Assembly (NCBI RefSeq): GCF_036365525.1
Contig: NC_090377.1
Span: 77,547,198-77,611,197, forward strand
DNA: 64,000 bases
Reading direction: 5' to 3'
Origin: Heterodontus francisci
Lineage: Eukaryota
Shown: one piece after another, positions 12,894 to 26,373 of the stretch
How the letters are laid out: the number at the start of each line of letters is the position of its first letter
Numbering within the stretch: the stretch's first letter is position 1
Notes under the pieces: generated by a model
What the model was told of the DNA's origin: nothing
What the model saw: the letters and a program-made list of their open reading frames with translations, nothing else
Database searches by the model: none
Position numbers and translations under genes: made by a program

Positions 12894-13401
12894 ATGAGTT
12901 CCTACTTTTTAAACTCCTTCTCAGGTCGCTACCAAAATGGCCACGATTATCAGTTGCAGAGTTATGGAAATGCTGCTTCGGTGGGCGAGCATTTCAGGGA
13001 GTCGACGATGCTCTCTACCAGGTATGGCTATGATTACACCGGGATAGACCTCAGCATGACTCGCTCTAACTCAAATCTGTGTGGAGACAGTGAAAGGTCT
13101 ACCAACTACCTACAAACAGCCAGTAACACCTTTCATAACTCATCTGGTGTGAAAATTAAGTCTCCTAATCCTGCCTTTTGCTCGGGATCTTTAATAAGCC
13201 CATCAGACAGTGCTATTAAGATGGGGGCTAATATCACAGAGCCCAGTCACTCATACAGCGGTAACCAGGACACATCGCCGGTTAACGATAAGCATCCTAA
13301 GGGGACGAACAGCCCCAAACCAGAAAATGGGCAACTAGACAAGGATCCAGCACTGCAGATGCAAATATATCCATGGATGAAAAAGATGCACCTTAACCAA
13401 G
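12894..13401 (+). CDS. hoxd5: Homeobox protein HoxD5, coding exon 1
   Basis: PG5 N-terminus [21 protein letters not shown], then [11 protein letters not shown] and hexapeptide IYPWMKKMH. Donor CAAG|GTACGC. Confidence 0.92.
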
Positions 13402-13772
13402 GTACGCCATTCGGCCTTTTGACATACGTTTTAATCGTTCTTGAATTAATTTTCAGATTGAGAAACAAAATAAACTAAGCAAGTAAGTTCTAAGTATATA
13501 ACGACTATTTGTAAAAATATTAACAGCTTGAATGATATCGGAATATTAGACTGTTGCTTTGAACTATATAGCAGTTATGCCAGGAGTTATACCATGTTAT
13601 GCATCTAACCGCTTTCCGTTGAAAGTGAAAATATTTTAAAATATTTTAACATATATATCTAAACAAGAGAACATTTTGTACCAGACACAGACATTAACGT
13701 ATTTGTCTGAAATTGTATAACTTCATATTTTCCATTGTACGTGTAGTAATGCATATTTTAACTTTTTCCTAA

Positions 13773-14024
<252 letters not shown>

Positions 14025-15574
14025 CTTGCTTCATCTAACTGGCTATAATATTACTTATCCAGATGATATTTTAAGTTGCAATGGGAAAGGTTGTTTGGCC
14101 ACATTAAATGCTTCTGTATGAGATACGTTAATACGTTATTCTCATGTGGATTCAACGTCTTGTCATCAATTTATAAAGGAAAGAGTACAATTCATCAGTT
14201 GTCATCAACAGATGTTAAAATCATGTTTTTATATATTGATGGTAACATCCATGCCTAAATTTAGATCGTAAGAGAGAAAAAAAGAGGTCAACCAACGTAA
14301 TGTAGCCAAGCAAGCCATTTGTCTTTGAGAACATGAAGTTGTGCTGTATATCTGGTTGCTGAACAAATCCTGTACCGGATTATAGCTTCGCTAAGACTCT
14401 AATTTAATAATATTTTATAAACTTAGATGAATATTGTTTCTTTCATCTCTTTTACATCAAAAGTGATTTCTTTTGTTTGATTATTCCTTGGAATGTTTAT
14501 GGCACGAGTGTTGCTGTGGTCCCAGGTATAACTTGTCATGTATATTCTGTACATATATAATGTTTAAATGTCCGCCTTTGTCCTATGTACATGAAAGAAG
14601 TGGTGTTGTTGTCTACAACATTGAAATAAATTCAGTTTTGCCAATAAACGTTTCACCTGGTGTTTTAACAGCAATGGGCGTATAAAGCACTAACAATTGG
14701 TGACTTGTTAAAGAACCAAACGCCATCTCACTTTCGCACTTTGCCTCTATTCGTTTGACACCCGAGTTCTCCTAATAATAGCTCCAATGTTTCAGAACTC
14801 ATAAAAGTTCCTTGGGCTGAACCGTATTTGAACGTTTTCTGAATTAAAAAAATATTATTTTTGGCAAGAACTGTTGGCCGAGCTTATACTTATTCCAATA
14901 AGTTTATAAAAAAACATGAGTCATACTTCAGGAACTTCAGCACCTAGACTACAGACACGTTCATTTACGAAAGATAATTTGATAAACTGTTATCTAATGG
15001 AAGAATAATACGAGTTTATGCTTTTAATTAATGCATATTTACATTATAAATATTTGGAAAATGTGTAAATCCAGTGGTGGGACTTGATTTGAAGAACTGT
15101 GGAACTTACGAGCAACTTGGTATTAGTTTTTGTTGCATGGTATAATTTACCAGATTAACTGCACTGAGGATACTTTTGTACCCAACAGTTATGACTAAAG
15201 CAGCAGGAAATAATAGATTATTGAAGCGACAGAAATAGGAAAACAAAGTCATAGGAAGTTGTAACTGTTAAAAGTGCTTCTTGTTTTCATTCTCAATCGA
15301 CCCATTTCTATTTTACTGTAGCTCATAAGCTATCGGTCACATATGCATGTCGTGCATTTACACTTACCAAATCTAATAGATCCCGTGGTTGCATAAGAAC
15401 TGCCCAGACTGCGTTTTAACGTAATGACAACTTATTCTCCAAGGCACGCGTCCTCTGGGTACTCAGAAGTTTAGCTTTATATTACTGCGAGAACATTTCG
15501 ATGAACATGGCTGTCTTTAGTGAATAAAAGTTTTAAAGTTTAAGGGTTATTTATATGGACGCCACAGAGCCAGG

Positions 15575-15808
15575 TCCTGACTGGCTATAGAGGGGCACGT
15601 GATGTCATTAAACTTTGTTTTATGGTTAGGGGAGTTGACAAGCCAAAATATAATTCACATCATATATTAGGTTAAGAGCAGACAAGTGCAGATGGTTAGT
15701 GTTTTCGAGAAGGTCTGTGGAAAGTGACACCAAGAAGCAAGCTGTCCTGTTCAACGGCTATGAATTGGCAGTGTCCTCGTGTCCTAGTACCTTTGCGCTA
15801 GAAAAGCA
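15575..15808 (+). promoter_or_regulatory. Distal promoter and non-coding first exon (likely miR-10/HoxD4/HoxD3 host transcript)
   Basis: CACGTG at 15596-15601, TTTATGG, TTGACA and TATAAT, followed by donor GCA|GTAAGT at 15808/15809. Both ATGs I traced stop before the donor. Confidence 0.55.
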
Positions 15809-18800
15809 GTAAGTTATTTCTAATCGGTAACAGAGCTGGTGAACGCGTGACACCTGATGTCATCCGAGGCTCTTGGGCGCATGTACTGTTTCTTGGCCAG
15901 CCAAAAAAAAAGAAATTACAGTACAACGTGAGTTCAATTTCAACAACCAGCGGCTTGATGAATTATATACGTATTCAATTATGAAAATAATATTGCAATA
16001 TTCTAAACAAATTATATGTTATATATGTTACTACATTTGTAACTTCAATTACAAATGCTTAATCATCATGAAAGTTATGCGTCATAATTGTGTTTAATTT
16101 GTGTTTAAATGAAAAATGCAGAAATAAACTGTAAATTTTATCTGATATTTTAAGCAAGTGTAAGTGGGGTTCTTTACAAAAACAATGAGCTATTGTGCTG
16201 CTTAATCACGTATATTAAATATAATTTTAAGTCAGCTCTGAAAAATATTAACTACACAGTCCTTCCTAATACGTAACACTTCGTACGTTGAAAATCGATG
16301 TTTTAAAAATCGGAGCTCGGAGAACCAAAGCTATGCACAGAATGCAAATTGTTCTGGCTGAAAAAACACCTGGGAGATATGAACTAATTTAAGAAATAAT
16401 TCTGCAAGTTTAAAGAAGGCTAAAACATCTCCTGCCTGTCCTTTGCTGAACCTCCTTTATATAATTCGCTGAGGTTGTATAACACTTTTAGATAATCTGT
16501 TCCGTTCTTGATGTCACGTTTTTGTTCAGAGTCCCGAGGGTTTTCTAATCGATTGCATTCCTAACAGTTTGGACTAGAAATATAGAACAATGGCTAACAA
16601 GGTGCTGTTTAATATATTTTCAATTGCTCCAAATATCTGTTGAAAAAAATCTTCAATTTTCAAGGTGTAATAAGAACACCCACTACAGCTGGCGAGACCC
16701 AGTTCGGAATTCTCACTGAACTATTTTTGTGTCCCGGAAATAGTATGGCAACACGAAATGAACTAATCCTATTTATTGCTTTTGTTACATATTGACATTA
16801 CTTATGACCTACGTAAATGTTACTTGAAACGTAAAATATGAGAAGGTTTAAAGAGAGAGAGGGGGCAGTGTGAAATCACAGTGTAAGATGGGATCCAAAA
16901 TCCCCATGTTCACAGCAATAAAAAAATTAATAAATATGAAACAGGACACGGGACAGGCTCAGCCCAAACAGCTGACTTGAAGACTGAAAACTGAAAATAT
17001 GAACAATACAACTATAAATAATTCGGATTTGCTATAAAAAGTATAAAGCGCGTTATGCATTTTAAACCAATTTGTCTAATGGAGAATTTTAGAACTATAT
17101 TTTTGATGAAAAAAATAAAGATTTCGAAAATCTTCGAAGTTAACGAGATACAGCAGCACCACGCGTGAAAGCCTTTTCTACTCTAAATGTTCAAAAAAAT
17201 GTGCAACTGATAAGAATAACAAACATGACACCTAGAAAAAAAAATACCAAGTTATATGACAAAATGTTTGGGAGTGGATTGCGGCCCATAGAGGACTTTT
17301 ATTAATGTCGCTTATCATTACAAATCGACGTTTTATTCATGTAGATTTATTTTAAAAGTTCAATGAATGGTCACATTAACTCACGAAAGAAGGTCAAAAT
17401 GGACATTGTCAGACACTGTTAACGGTTAGGACAATCTACAATCAATGTTGAAATAACAGTTTACGTAGAATCTACATGGGGGTTCCTATGCTTAAACAGT
17501 GAAAACTGGTAACGTCAAGGCAATTAGTCGGCCAAAAATAAAATTCGCTGTGTATAAATGATCGAATTTTTACTTAAAATGCTGTACTATAGAAATACAG
17601 ACCCGCAGTTCTAATGGTAGCATAAGTTATACTGGGGATCACAGTGAGAGTCTTTGCTTTTGAAAGCAATATTGTGATGACCACGTACCTGAACTTTTGA
17701 AGTTAACAATATTTCAGTTACTCTATTATTAGTTTGGATCAGGAAGTATGTATTGTACTGAATTCCATCTTTATTATGTGATTCACTTGGTCTCAACTGT
17801 TAAATCTAACTTTGTTTTTATTTTATTGCAGATCTTGCAGAATGGAGGAGGCTCTTCAGTAAGTAGCTATGTGTTATTTCTTAAACGTGTGGCGATAGTT
17901 GGAAGCGGTTGATTGTTCCGAATGTGGTTTATATGGAAAATGAAATGGTCACATTGTGGATTAAATGGAGAAGTAGCTTGGACACTAAAATGATTCCAGT
18001 AACAATTGTTTGCAACTTGCGTTCTTTGTGATACTCTGCTTAATTTGTATAACCACGTGGGAGAAATGATGTTGTTACATTCAATTTCCCTGAAAGGAAT
18101 AGGACCCTTTAAAGGTACGGAGTAAAATCAGTTAAAATATTATTGTGTTTTACTCTAACTGTGATAGTGTAGATCCAGAGTCAGACTTAGAGGCTTGTTG
18201 TTTTGAACTGGCAATGTACAACACAGCGCCTCCCAGTGCAAGGCTGCTTCTCTCAAATGTCATTTAGAGGAAAATTATTGTTCCGGTTTCAAAAACAAAT
18301 GTAAAAACGCTTTGTCGAATGACGTAGCAATAATTATAGCAGATATTTAAAGTGTACTCTTATTGAGCCAACAGAGACGTGTGGGCGAACGCAAATGGCA
18401 AAGCTCTCCCGATATTGCAGCCACTGTAAACATGTAGGCCAAAAATCAAGCCTTGTGACTGCCAGAGCATCAAATGAACTATTCGTTTAACTAAAGCACA
18501 GTATTCCTTTTCTTGGATTATCTTTTGGCTAGGCTTACCTTTTATGATTTCATATTGCTTTTTGCCATGGTAAGCCAGGACAGGTAGAACTATGAATCAT
18601 TAAATGCTTATATTACTTATTGTAAAATTTCGTTATTTTGTAAATTGAAGCATGTTACAGTAGATTTTTTGTCATTTGTTAACTATGAAAAATACAGTAA
18701 ATAACATGCTTTATTACTAGGATCACGAAGGTAACTTGACGGTATTATTTTAAAACTGTACATTTAAGGGAAAGTTAACAATATCAAAGGAACCAAAACC

Positions 18801-19614
18801 GAGAATGCCGCACGTCAAATTAGAAACGTTCAACTCTTATAATGTGAAAGGGACTATAAAGCATCTTGAATTAGATTACTATTTGGATATCATAAGCCAG
18901 TAATAGAAATGTTCATATTCTGTCTTCTCCACACCAGGGACTGTAAATGTTTATTTTCACTTTAGGTCTACTATTGCTCCTTCGCTTCAGATAATCACTG
19001 CTAGAATATCAAATACAAACATTTACCGATACTAGTCTATCTTTACACATAATATCCGATTCTATTACCCTCTAAGTAACGACCTAATTATGCCACGAGA
19101 TAAATGTCAAGCAAGAACTCACTTTAAATAGATCCAGATAATGTTTAACCGGTATTCGCAAAGCAATAGGCCAGCACCATGGATCCTTCGTTTCAGCACG
19201 AAGTTTTGCAATGTGAATCTTTAGTCTTGATAAATAATCAAGGGCAATTGCTACCGAAAAACAAAACAGTTTTGCTTATGCTGAGCGGACTTCTGCAGGA
19301 AAATGGCTTTCTGGGTCACAAGAAAGGTGAACTTTTTAAAAATTCAGTTTTGTTTTTAAAATCGTTGTATTTATACGTAGGACGGCCCTGAGCAGATTGA
19401 TGACAATAATAGCTTTCATTGAACCACTGAATCTATGAATAAATATAGGGTTCACTTCCCAAACACTTACTTTGCATTGACATTCACTAGGTCAAAATCT
19501 GCTTGATCAAGAGTCGCAGCACTTGTGTGGGCAGTTAAAAAAGAGGTGAATTTTAATCGGGTTTGTTCATCAATAACTCTTTGGCATTGACCTGTCTGAA
19601 CGAGTCGAGCAGTA

Positions 19615-19631
19615 AGGTGAAATGCAGGTCA
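19615..19631 (+). promoter_or_regulatory. DR5 retinoic acid response element 5' of HoxD4
   Basis: AGGTGA aatgc AGGTCA, matching the mammalian Hoxd4 upstream RARE as recalled. An extra inverted half-site TGACCT lies about 27 bp upstream. Confidence 0.88.
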
Positions 19632-21252
19632 CAGCGTCTAACAAATATTAAAATGTGTAGCACCAATCAGCTTCACATTGTGCGATAATTTGAACTGTAA
19701 AAGAGATTTGGCTTTCGAATTATCGGATGATGTAACGATATCTGGGATTTTCTTTGCAAAAAAGGTTTTTAAAAGCAGAATTCACTGCTGGTGCATTCGT
19801 TGGCGCCATTGGTTGTCGAAAACTGTTTAGCTCTTTTCTTTCCTAATGCACTGGGGTAAACGAAAAAAATCACAGGTAAATTAAGATCAAACTTTTAAGG
19901 ACGTTATGGATTATTTACAATGGTAAAATAATCAAAGCATCAACTTACTGAGATATTAAGTATGAGTTTGAACATTTGTAGATTAGTTTGGCTGCTCTGC
20001 AATAAAACGTAGATAAACCGAAACCTTTGTCTGTTGTGCTCAACAGAAACAGCAGAGAAATAAAGAAGTGAACATGCCGCTTACTGCCAGCAAGTACAGC
20101 TTCAGTGTTAAATTGTTAATTAATGCATCTCAAGACATTAAAGTACTGTTGAGTACACTTACTCTTTTTCGTTGGCGTACATTTATAATTGTTCTCAGCC
20201 TGCCTCTCGTGTGCCTGTTTTTAAACTGGAGACATAAGAACAGAATTACTGTGAGCTTAGTTGAACAGTTAGTTCGACAAGATTCACACACTTAGGAAAG
20301 GTCAGACGTGTGGCGCTCACTAAAGTGAAAATAATAATGCAACTTTCCGATGTGTTTGTAAATGATTTGAGTCTGACCCCGTGCCCTTCAGCCTTTAACA
20401 TACAACGCGGTGGCACTGCAGGGACAGTGGGGACAGCAAAGTAAGGAACCTACAATGCACTAGAGTTTAGACACCACCTTAGACATGTTCCAGGCAAAGG
20501 AAATACTGATTAGTTGTCAGATTAAATTGTATATTTTTTCCTGCATATGGCGATCCAATTGACTTATGGTAGTTAGATTTTGAATGGGAGAGATTAGAAT
20601 AGAACAAACAATCGTTATTTGCCTGGGCTGCTATCATTTTATGAAAGTAGCAATGAGTGGAAAACGCTTTGGAATAAACCAATATTTGTGCTATCATGTC
20701 TACATTGTATTTGATTAGATTTAGGAATTGTTTAGGCCGGGCGATATTTGTTATAACATCCTGCGGTTTGTTAGTGGTGAGTTCAAATTATTAGCATCTG
20801 GAGCAATTATTGATTCACGCTGGGGCACTTAGTAATGTTAGCTGGAGCGGATCGGTACAAACTGTTTCCTATAAAATCTCTGTGAAATGCGAAGGGTTCA
20901 TAAACATAGTAACAAATAATAACTTCTGTCTTGTAGAATGTATGCACAAGCCGGCTCTGCATTCTGTATTGTAGACTGTATGCACAAACCAGCTCCGCAC
21001 GCTGATTCATGTTGCTGCCACTGCTGAACAACGCAAATAGAAATGTTTGCGACCACCTACCAGATATAAGGGAACGACTTCTATTATTTTTCAATGGCTA
21101 AACAATTACATTGTTTAACAACCGCTTTGCCTGCATTTTATTTTTTCATTTATTAATATTACACGTCTTTAGCTCCTTGGGGCTCATTTGCAACTGCAGC
21201 TTTTTAAACTACTTTACAATTTTGTAATTAGTCACCGAATTTGTTTGTAACC

Positions 21253-21335
21253 CGTCGTCTATATATACCCTGTAGAACCGAATTTGTGTGATGTTTCGGT
21301 CACAGATTCGTTTCTAGGGGAGTCTATGGTCGATG
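21253..21335 (+). ncRNA. mir-10b: mir-10 precursor (miR-10b type)
   Basis: 5p arm TACCCTGTAGAACCGAATTTGTG at 21266-21288 and 3p arm ACAGATTCGTTTCTAGGGGAGT at 21302-21323, with complementary flanks. Canonical position between Hox5 and Hox4. Confidence 0.97.
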
Positions 21336-22578
21336 CCAACACTACGAAAATCAGCAATTTTGTTCTTCGTGGCTTTTACTGCTTAGACTGATTTAGTTCT
21401 AAGTAATACTCAATGATTTGATTAGGAATGGCCTGTTTTTATTTTGAATCCAGTTTTCAATATTGAGTAGGCTTTTACATCTCGCCGCTCAGCATTGAAT
21501 TGCTTATTTCAGCTCCCCTTTGCAAAAGAAATGTAATGTTTAACGTGTTGATTTACCGATCATTAGTCAGAATATAGTCGTTTCTAAACTTCCGGATTTA
21601 CTTTCCGGAAATATAAGATTACTGAAAATTAAGTATTTCTTTCTGAATGCTGCCTGTTTCCATGGCGATGTCGATAAATTATCTACATAGATTGGCTTGC
21701 GGTTTCATATCACGTTTGATCAACTTAACGATGCTTCTGAATTAAATCGGACAGGATAACATCTTAGTGCAAAACTTGAAAAAACAAATTGTACATATTA
21801 CAAATGGAAGAGTTAGTCTTTGCGTTAGTTTAAACAGATAATAGATGTCAGCGGGTGAGAGGAGAGAAACGAATTGTGAAGAAATTGGAGCACGAACGCT
21901 TGCTAGTAAGGCAAGGCCATCAGATATAAAACTTATATCCTACTCTATCAAATTTTTGAACTTTCAGAGCAAAGTATCTTTGACCTTACAATGTCCTTAA
22001 GCAACATGTGTAAAGTGTTTTATGTGATACTGAATGCCTTGTTCTCTCTTTATTGGAGTAGACCATGTTTGCCTTTGAATAACTTTGACCAAAAGACCTT
22101 CTTGCATCTGTAATGGTTGTAATTATTTTCCTCAGCTCCGTTATTACTTTTTTCGGCTAACGGGATTCTTCCTTTGTCACCCTGCGTGCGTTGGATTGCT
22201 GGCCGTTTCTCCAAGTACCCTCGCTATTGCCATGCTGCTCCCGGGAGAAAACAACAACAAAAAAATACAAACACGCCGAATGCATTCTCTATCCTTGATT
22301 TATTTGAAAAGCGGCAAGGAATGGTGGAAAATTCTCTTTGGACAAAAGAGCAAATTACCTGAGCAATATTCGGGCGCTCAGTGAGTGATCATTATCCTCT
22401 CCAAATGGAAACCTCTGTTATATGCATTTTCCGGAATCTATTTCAAAAACTTAGTAACTACTGGAAAAAATTAAAGACGTTGCAGTTTTTAATTTATTTT
22501 AAATCAAGGTTTTCTGGACGAAGTTTGTAAAAAATTGTCATTAGCTGTTTCCTTATCCGGGAATCGGGCCCGACCCCG

Positions 22579-22701
22579 CCATTGGCTTGTACAGTCACAT
22601 GGGTGACTAACTTTATTCAGTTGACAGCAAGTAGGAGGGCTTTATGGAACGGGAAAAAAGACAACTCGAGAAAAATTAGTATTTTCCACCTTCAGAAATT
22701 A
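22579..22701 (+). promoter_or_regulatory. Hox4 proximal promoter / conserved leader
   Basis: CCATTGG...GTCACATGG...AACTTTATTCAGTTGACAGC...GAGAAAAATTAGTATTT directly upstream of the ATG. Confidence 0.7.
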
Positions 22702-23113
22702 ATGACCATGAGTTCGTATTTGATGAACACTAAATATGTGGATCCCAAATTTCCTCCTTGCGAGGAATACTCGCAAAATAACTACATACCTGACCACTGC
22801 TCAGAGTATTACAGCCAGTCGCAGGATTCTGATTTTCAGCACCAAGGAATCTATCCACGGTCAAACTACAGCGGCCAGTCGTACAACTGCAGCAACGCTC
22901 GGGGCTCTCCAGTGCAGCAGAGGGGTCATGTGCAGGCACAGCCCGCTCCTCAGAACCACCTCACAGGGCAGGGGGAGCCCGTTGCACCGCTCCAAGTATC
23001 CATAGGCCGGCCTTGCAGCCAGCAGCAACATAATCCAAAGAACCAAAACGGCACAGCAACCAAACAGCCAGCAGTGGTTTATCCTTGGATGAAGAAAATC
23101 CACGTTAACACGG
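22702..23113 (+). CDS. hoxd4: Homeobox protein HoxD4, coding exon 1
   Basis: [25 protein letters not shown]...[13 protein letters not shown]. Donor ACGG|GTAAGG. Confidence 0.94.
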
Positions 23114-23278
23114 GTAAGGTCCATTTTTTGGTCCCCCCCCCCCACCCCCCACCACCTCCAACCACCCCCCCTTCCCTGCTGCATCGCCACCCTGGCAAAT
23201 ATTTGTGACCCATTGATATAGGTCTACCGTAAATAACTCCTTCAAAGGAGGATTTATGAGCGGTTTTAAAAAGACCGG

Positions 23279-23307
23279 CAATTACACCCATCATAAATTT
23301 TTATTGC
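23279..23307 (+). promoter_or_regulatory. Conserved Hox4 intron element (HB1-type homeodomain/Cdx sites)
   Basis: CAATTACACCCATCATAAATTTTTATTG in the Hox4 intron, with GATTTATGA just upstream. Confidence 0.7.
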
Positions 23308-23563
23308 TGAGGAAATAGGCCGCTGGCCATGTGGCTAACTCCATGTGAAAACTCGAGCCTGGGAGTAACAGGGACATGTTATATCTCCAATTCGGAAATA
23401 GCTTTAAAGTGATCCTTAGTAATAGTATATATCTGAACTTCTTACCAGGGTTACTGTTACAGTGCAGTGTGCGTGCAGACGTTGGTTTAGGGCAGCATAG
23501 TGAAAGCGGTTGACAAACTTTAGGTCCAGATTTGAATAGTTTTTGAATTGTTTTGTTTTTCAG

Positions 23564-23874
23564 TGAATCCTAATTACACAGGAGGGGAACCAAAACGTTC
23601 ACGAACTGCCTACACAAGGCAGCAGGTTTTAGAACTCGAAAAGGAATTCCATTTTAACAGGTATCTGACAAGACGACGTCGTATTGAAATAGCCCACACT
23701 TTATGTCTTTCCGAACGCCAGATCAAAATTTGGTTTCAGAACAGAAGAATGAAGTGGAAAAAGGATCACAAACTGCCTAACACAAAGACCAGATCCTCTA
23801 GTTCTTCTTCCGCTTCCAATCAACAGTTACAAACTGTTTCCAAGGACCAACAAACAGACCTCACAAGTTTATAG
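23564..23874 (+). CDS. hoxd4: HoxD4 coding exon 2 (homeobox); full protein about 240 aa
   Basis: Acceptor tttttcag|tg. Reads [75 protein letters not shown]...TDLTSL*. The C-terminus resembles HOXD4. Confidence 0.95.
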
Positions 23875-26356
23875 AAGAACATCTTATAAGTGGCTCTTTA
23901 AGTGTATATAATGAGACATTTCCAGGCAGAAATTGCATGTACCGAAAAGATGGCTTGTAGGTGCTTTCCTGCTGATTTTTATGGCATTGAAAGGACCTTG
24001 TCTTTTGCCTCACTTTTGTTCTTAAATGTAGGAATTGAAACAAAAAAGAAGAAAGTCGCCTTAGCTGTAGCTGAAACGATTGCGACTCTAGTCGGTGGCT
24101 ATTCTTACCATACAGTACACCTTAGTAACCTTAACAAGTGCGAGGCACTAAGTCGTGAGGACATGGTGAGGTGTACAGTCCAGGAAGGTACATGTGTAGT
24201 CTTCTAGCATGAAATGAAAGGCTGCGACGCTTGTTCATGGTCTTTTTTTATTTTATAATGAAGGCCCAGTGATTTGTTGTGACAATGTCTTATTTCCACA
24301 ACTATTTTTGCTTGTAATGTGTATTTTTGCGACTCCATCTCTTTGTGTATATTGTGTTGATATTCGAGATTTACAGTGATCAGGAATTAGATAGTGTTTT
24401 GTGGTTTCTTTATTTAAAAATGGGAAAAATGGTATTTGTAATTGTGCTGCTGAATGGATTATTGTTACAAGCCAACAATGCAAGATTGCATACATTTTTA
24501 TGTTCAAGAACGATACCAAAATTCGTACGCACTACTAAAGTTGAAAAATAAATTTAGTAGTAACAAGCTGAATAGCGTGAGTAGTTTTCCTTTTTGGTAT
24601 CTGGACATGTATTCTTACACATGAGCACAGCTTATGTTGCGACGCTGTCCTGAACAAATGTCATGAAAAGAGACCTTACAGATATATCATAGTTTTCTGT
24701 AAGAATGCAGAGTGCCAAAAATCTAGTGATCTGCAATTCAATATCAAATATCCAAAGACAGCAACCGATGCTGTCTAAAGCAAGATTTCTGAAAGAGAAA
24801 TGTGATTAGTGGAATACTGCAACATTACTTTGTGTTCAGGGTGCTTGTTAAACTCTGTTTCTCGGTTTGTTGGTTGATAAATGAGTAAGCTGGTTACACC
24901 AATCTGTGAACGTTTAGCATTACAAGTGGGAATGTGTTTCCTTTCGATTTTTTCCAGAACGGATGAGCGAACAACAAGGTTCACAGTTTAGAAATAGAAA
25001 ACGGTCTACACCGTGTATATTTTGCTTTGTGAAGAGCCCTATTCGTTTTTCCAACCTATTAATCTGTAAAGACACACTGGTGGTTGATTTAGAGCGGCAA
25101 GGACAATAGCCGAGAGTCTCTTCAATTAGGTAATTTACACCTAAATACAAATTGCTGAAGATTTTTGTTTCTGGCAGTTTTAAGGAAGCTCATGTTATGT
25201 TACAACCAGACGAAACGAGTCAAAACTTCCTGAAATACAAGATTGTATGTACTGTGCCAACATTCTCACGATATCAATCAGTGGCACATTGGTATGTCAT
25301 GGAGATTTCGCACTCAGTTCCTTTATGTAATGCTTTAAACGGTCATTCATTGCAGGATATCCAGATGTTTTAAATGGAATAAAGTCCCCGTTGTGTCACG
25401 AAGCTCAATAGGTATTACGACATACCTCACTGTTTCCATGACTATTACCCCCATAAGCAAAATATAAAAATATATTTTTAATTCTCGCAAAGCCCTTCTG
25501 GGTGCAATTAATGTAAGTTTTTTTTAGGAAGTGTCCAATTTTTAGATGTACAGCCTCCTCACAATGACGCGCTTTTTCTCTAATATATGATAGTCATAAG
25601 AGCAAAGATGGGGAGCGACGTTGTATTTAGTTGTGTGATTACAACTGAAGATGATCTCCTCACACATTTTAAAAATCACGAACCAATGAGATGTGTTAAA
25701 TTTAGGCCGTTTTATGTCTTCCATTTACAAAATTAGAGCTTTATAAAAAAATGACGACTGTCCACAATATTACCTTAAAATAATTAAAGCTATTGGTAGA
25801 AAATATATGCAAAGGACAAAAGTCCGGAGGGGTTCGTGTTAATGTGCTATCTAATCCACTGAAAGGAAACTTAGCCAAACCAGCACTCAGGAAATCATTA
25901 CTCGCAATCACACAGCAATTTAGACGGCAATGCCAGAACTCCGTCAAAATACAAGAACTTAAGAAAATCTATTCCGTAGGAATTTCGATGTTCGACTCGT
26001 TTTTGTCGCATTCGGTAACAAAAGAAAGTTGGCGGTGCAGCTCCTTTTCCTATTCCTTCCCTGCCCTGCAAGCTTGCAGCTGGTTTAGCTGGACATGGTC
26101 TGTTTGAAAAGGCAAATTCCAAGATTCTTTGTTCTTTATAGGATAAGCCTTGTAGTTCTCAGACTTGCACATGACATTACTATAATATATCCACGTCTTG
26201 ATATTATAAATGAGTGATATTCTCTATACCATTTAAATCATTGTCTCCAGTACAAAACGCTAAGATTCACGCGTAGCAAAGATGTCCTTTTCTGACGCCT
26301 TCATGTTGAGAAGCTGAAAAGGTATTTTACTGAAGTTCGGCTAAACTGTAGAAACA

Positions 26357-26373
26357 GGTTCACCAAGAGGACA
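26357..26373 (+). promoter_or_regulatory. DR5 RARE in the HoxD4 3' neural enhancer
   Basis: GGTTCA ccaag AGGACA about 2.5 kb 3' of the HoxD4 stop, matching the known Hox4 3' RARE half-sites. Confidence 0.85.

Noticed and set aside
12804-13478. ORF-track starts and ends beyond the Hox exon boundaries
   Set aside because: They use non-ATG starts and read into introns; splice sites and conserved N-termini define the real CDS.
17357-17373. DR5-like AGTTCA atgaa TGGTCA
   Set aside because: The second half-site deviates and I have no positional precedent, so chance cannot be excluded.
24837-24842. miR-10 6-mer seed match CAGGGT downstream of HoxD4
   Set aside because: Only a 6-mer, and beyond the first AATAAA (about 24547). 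By eye I found no strong miR-10 site in the 3'UTRs.
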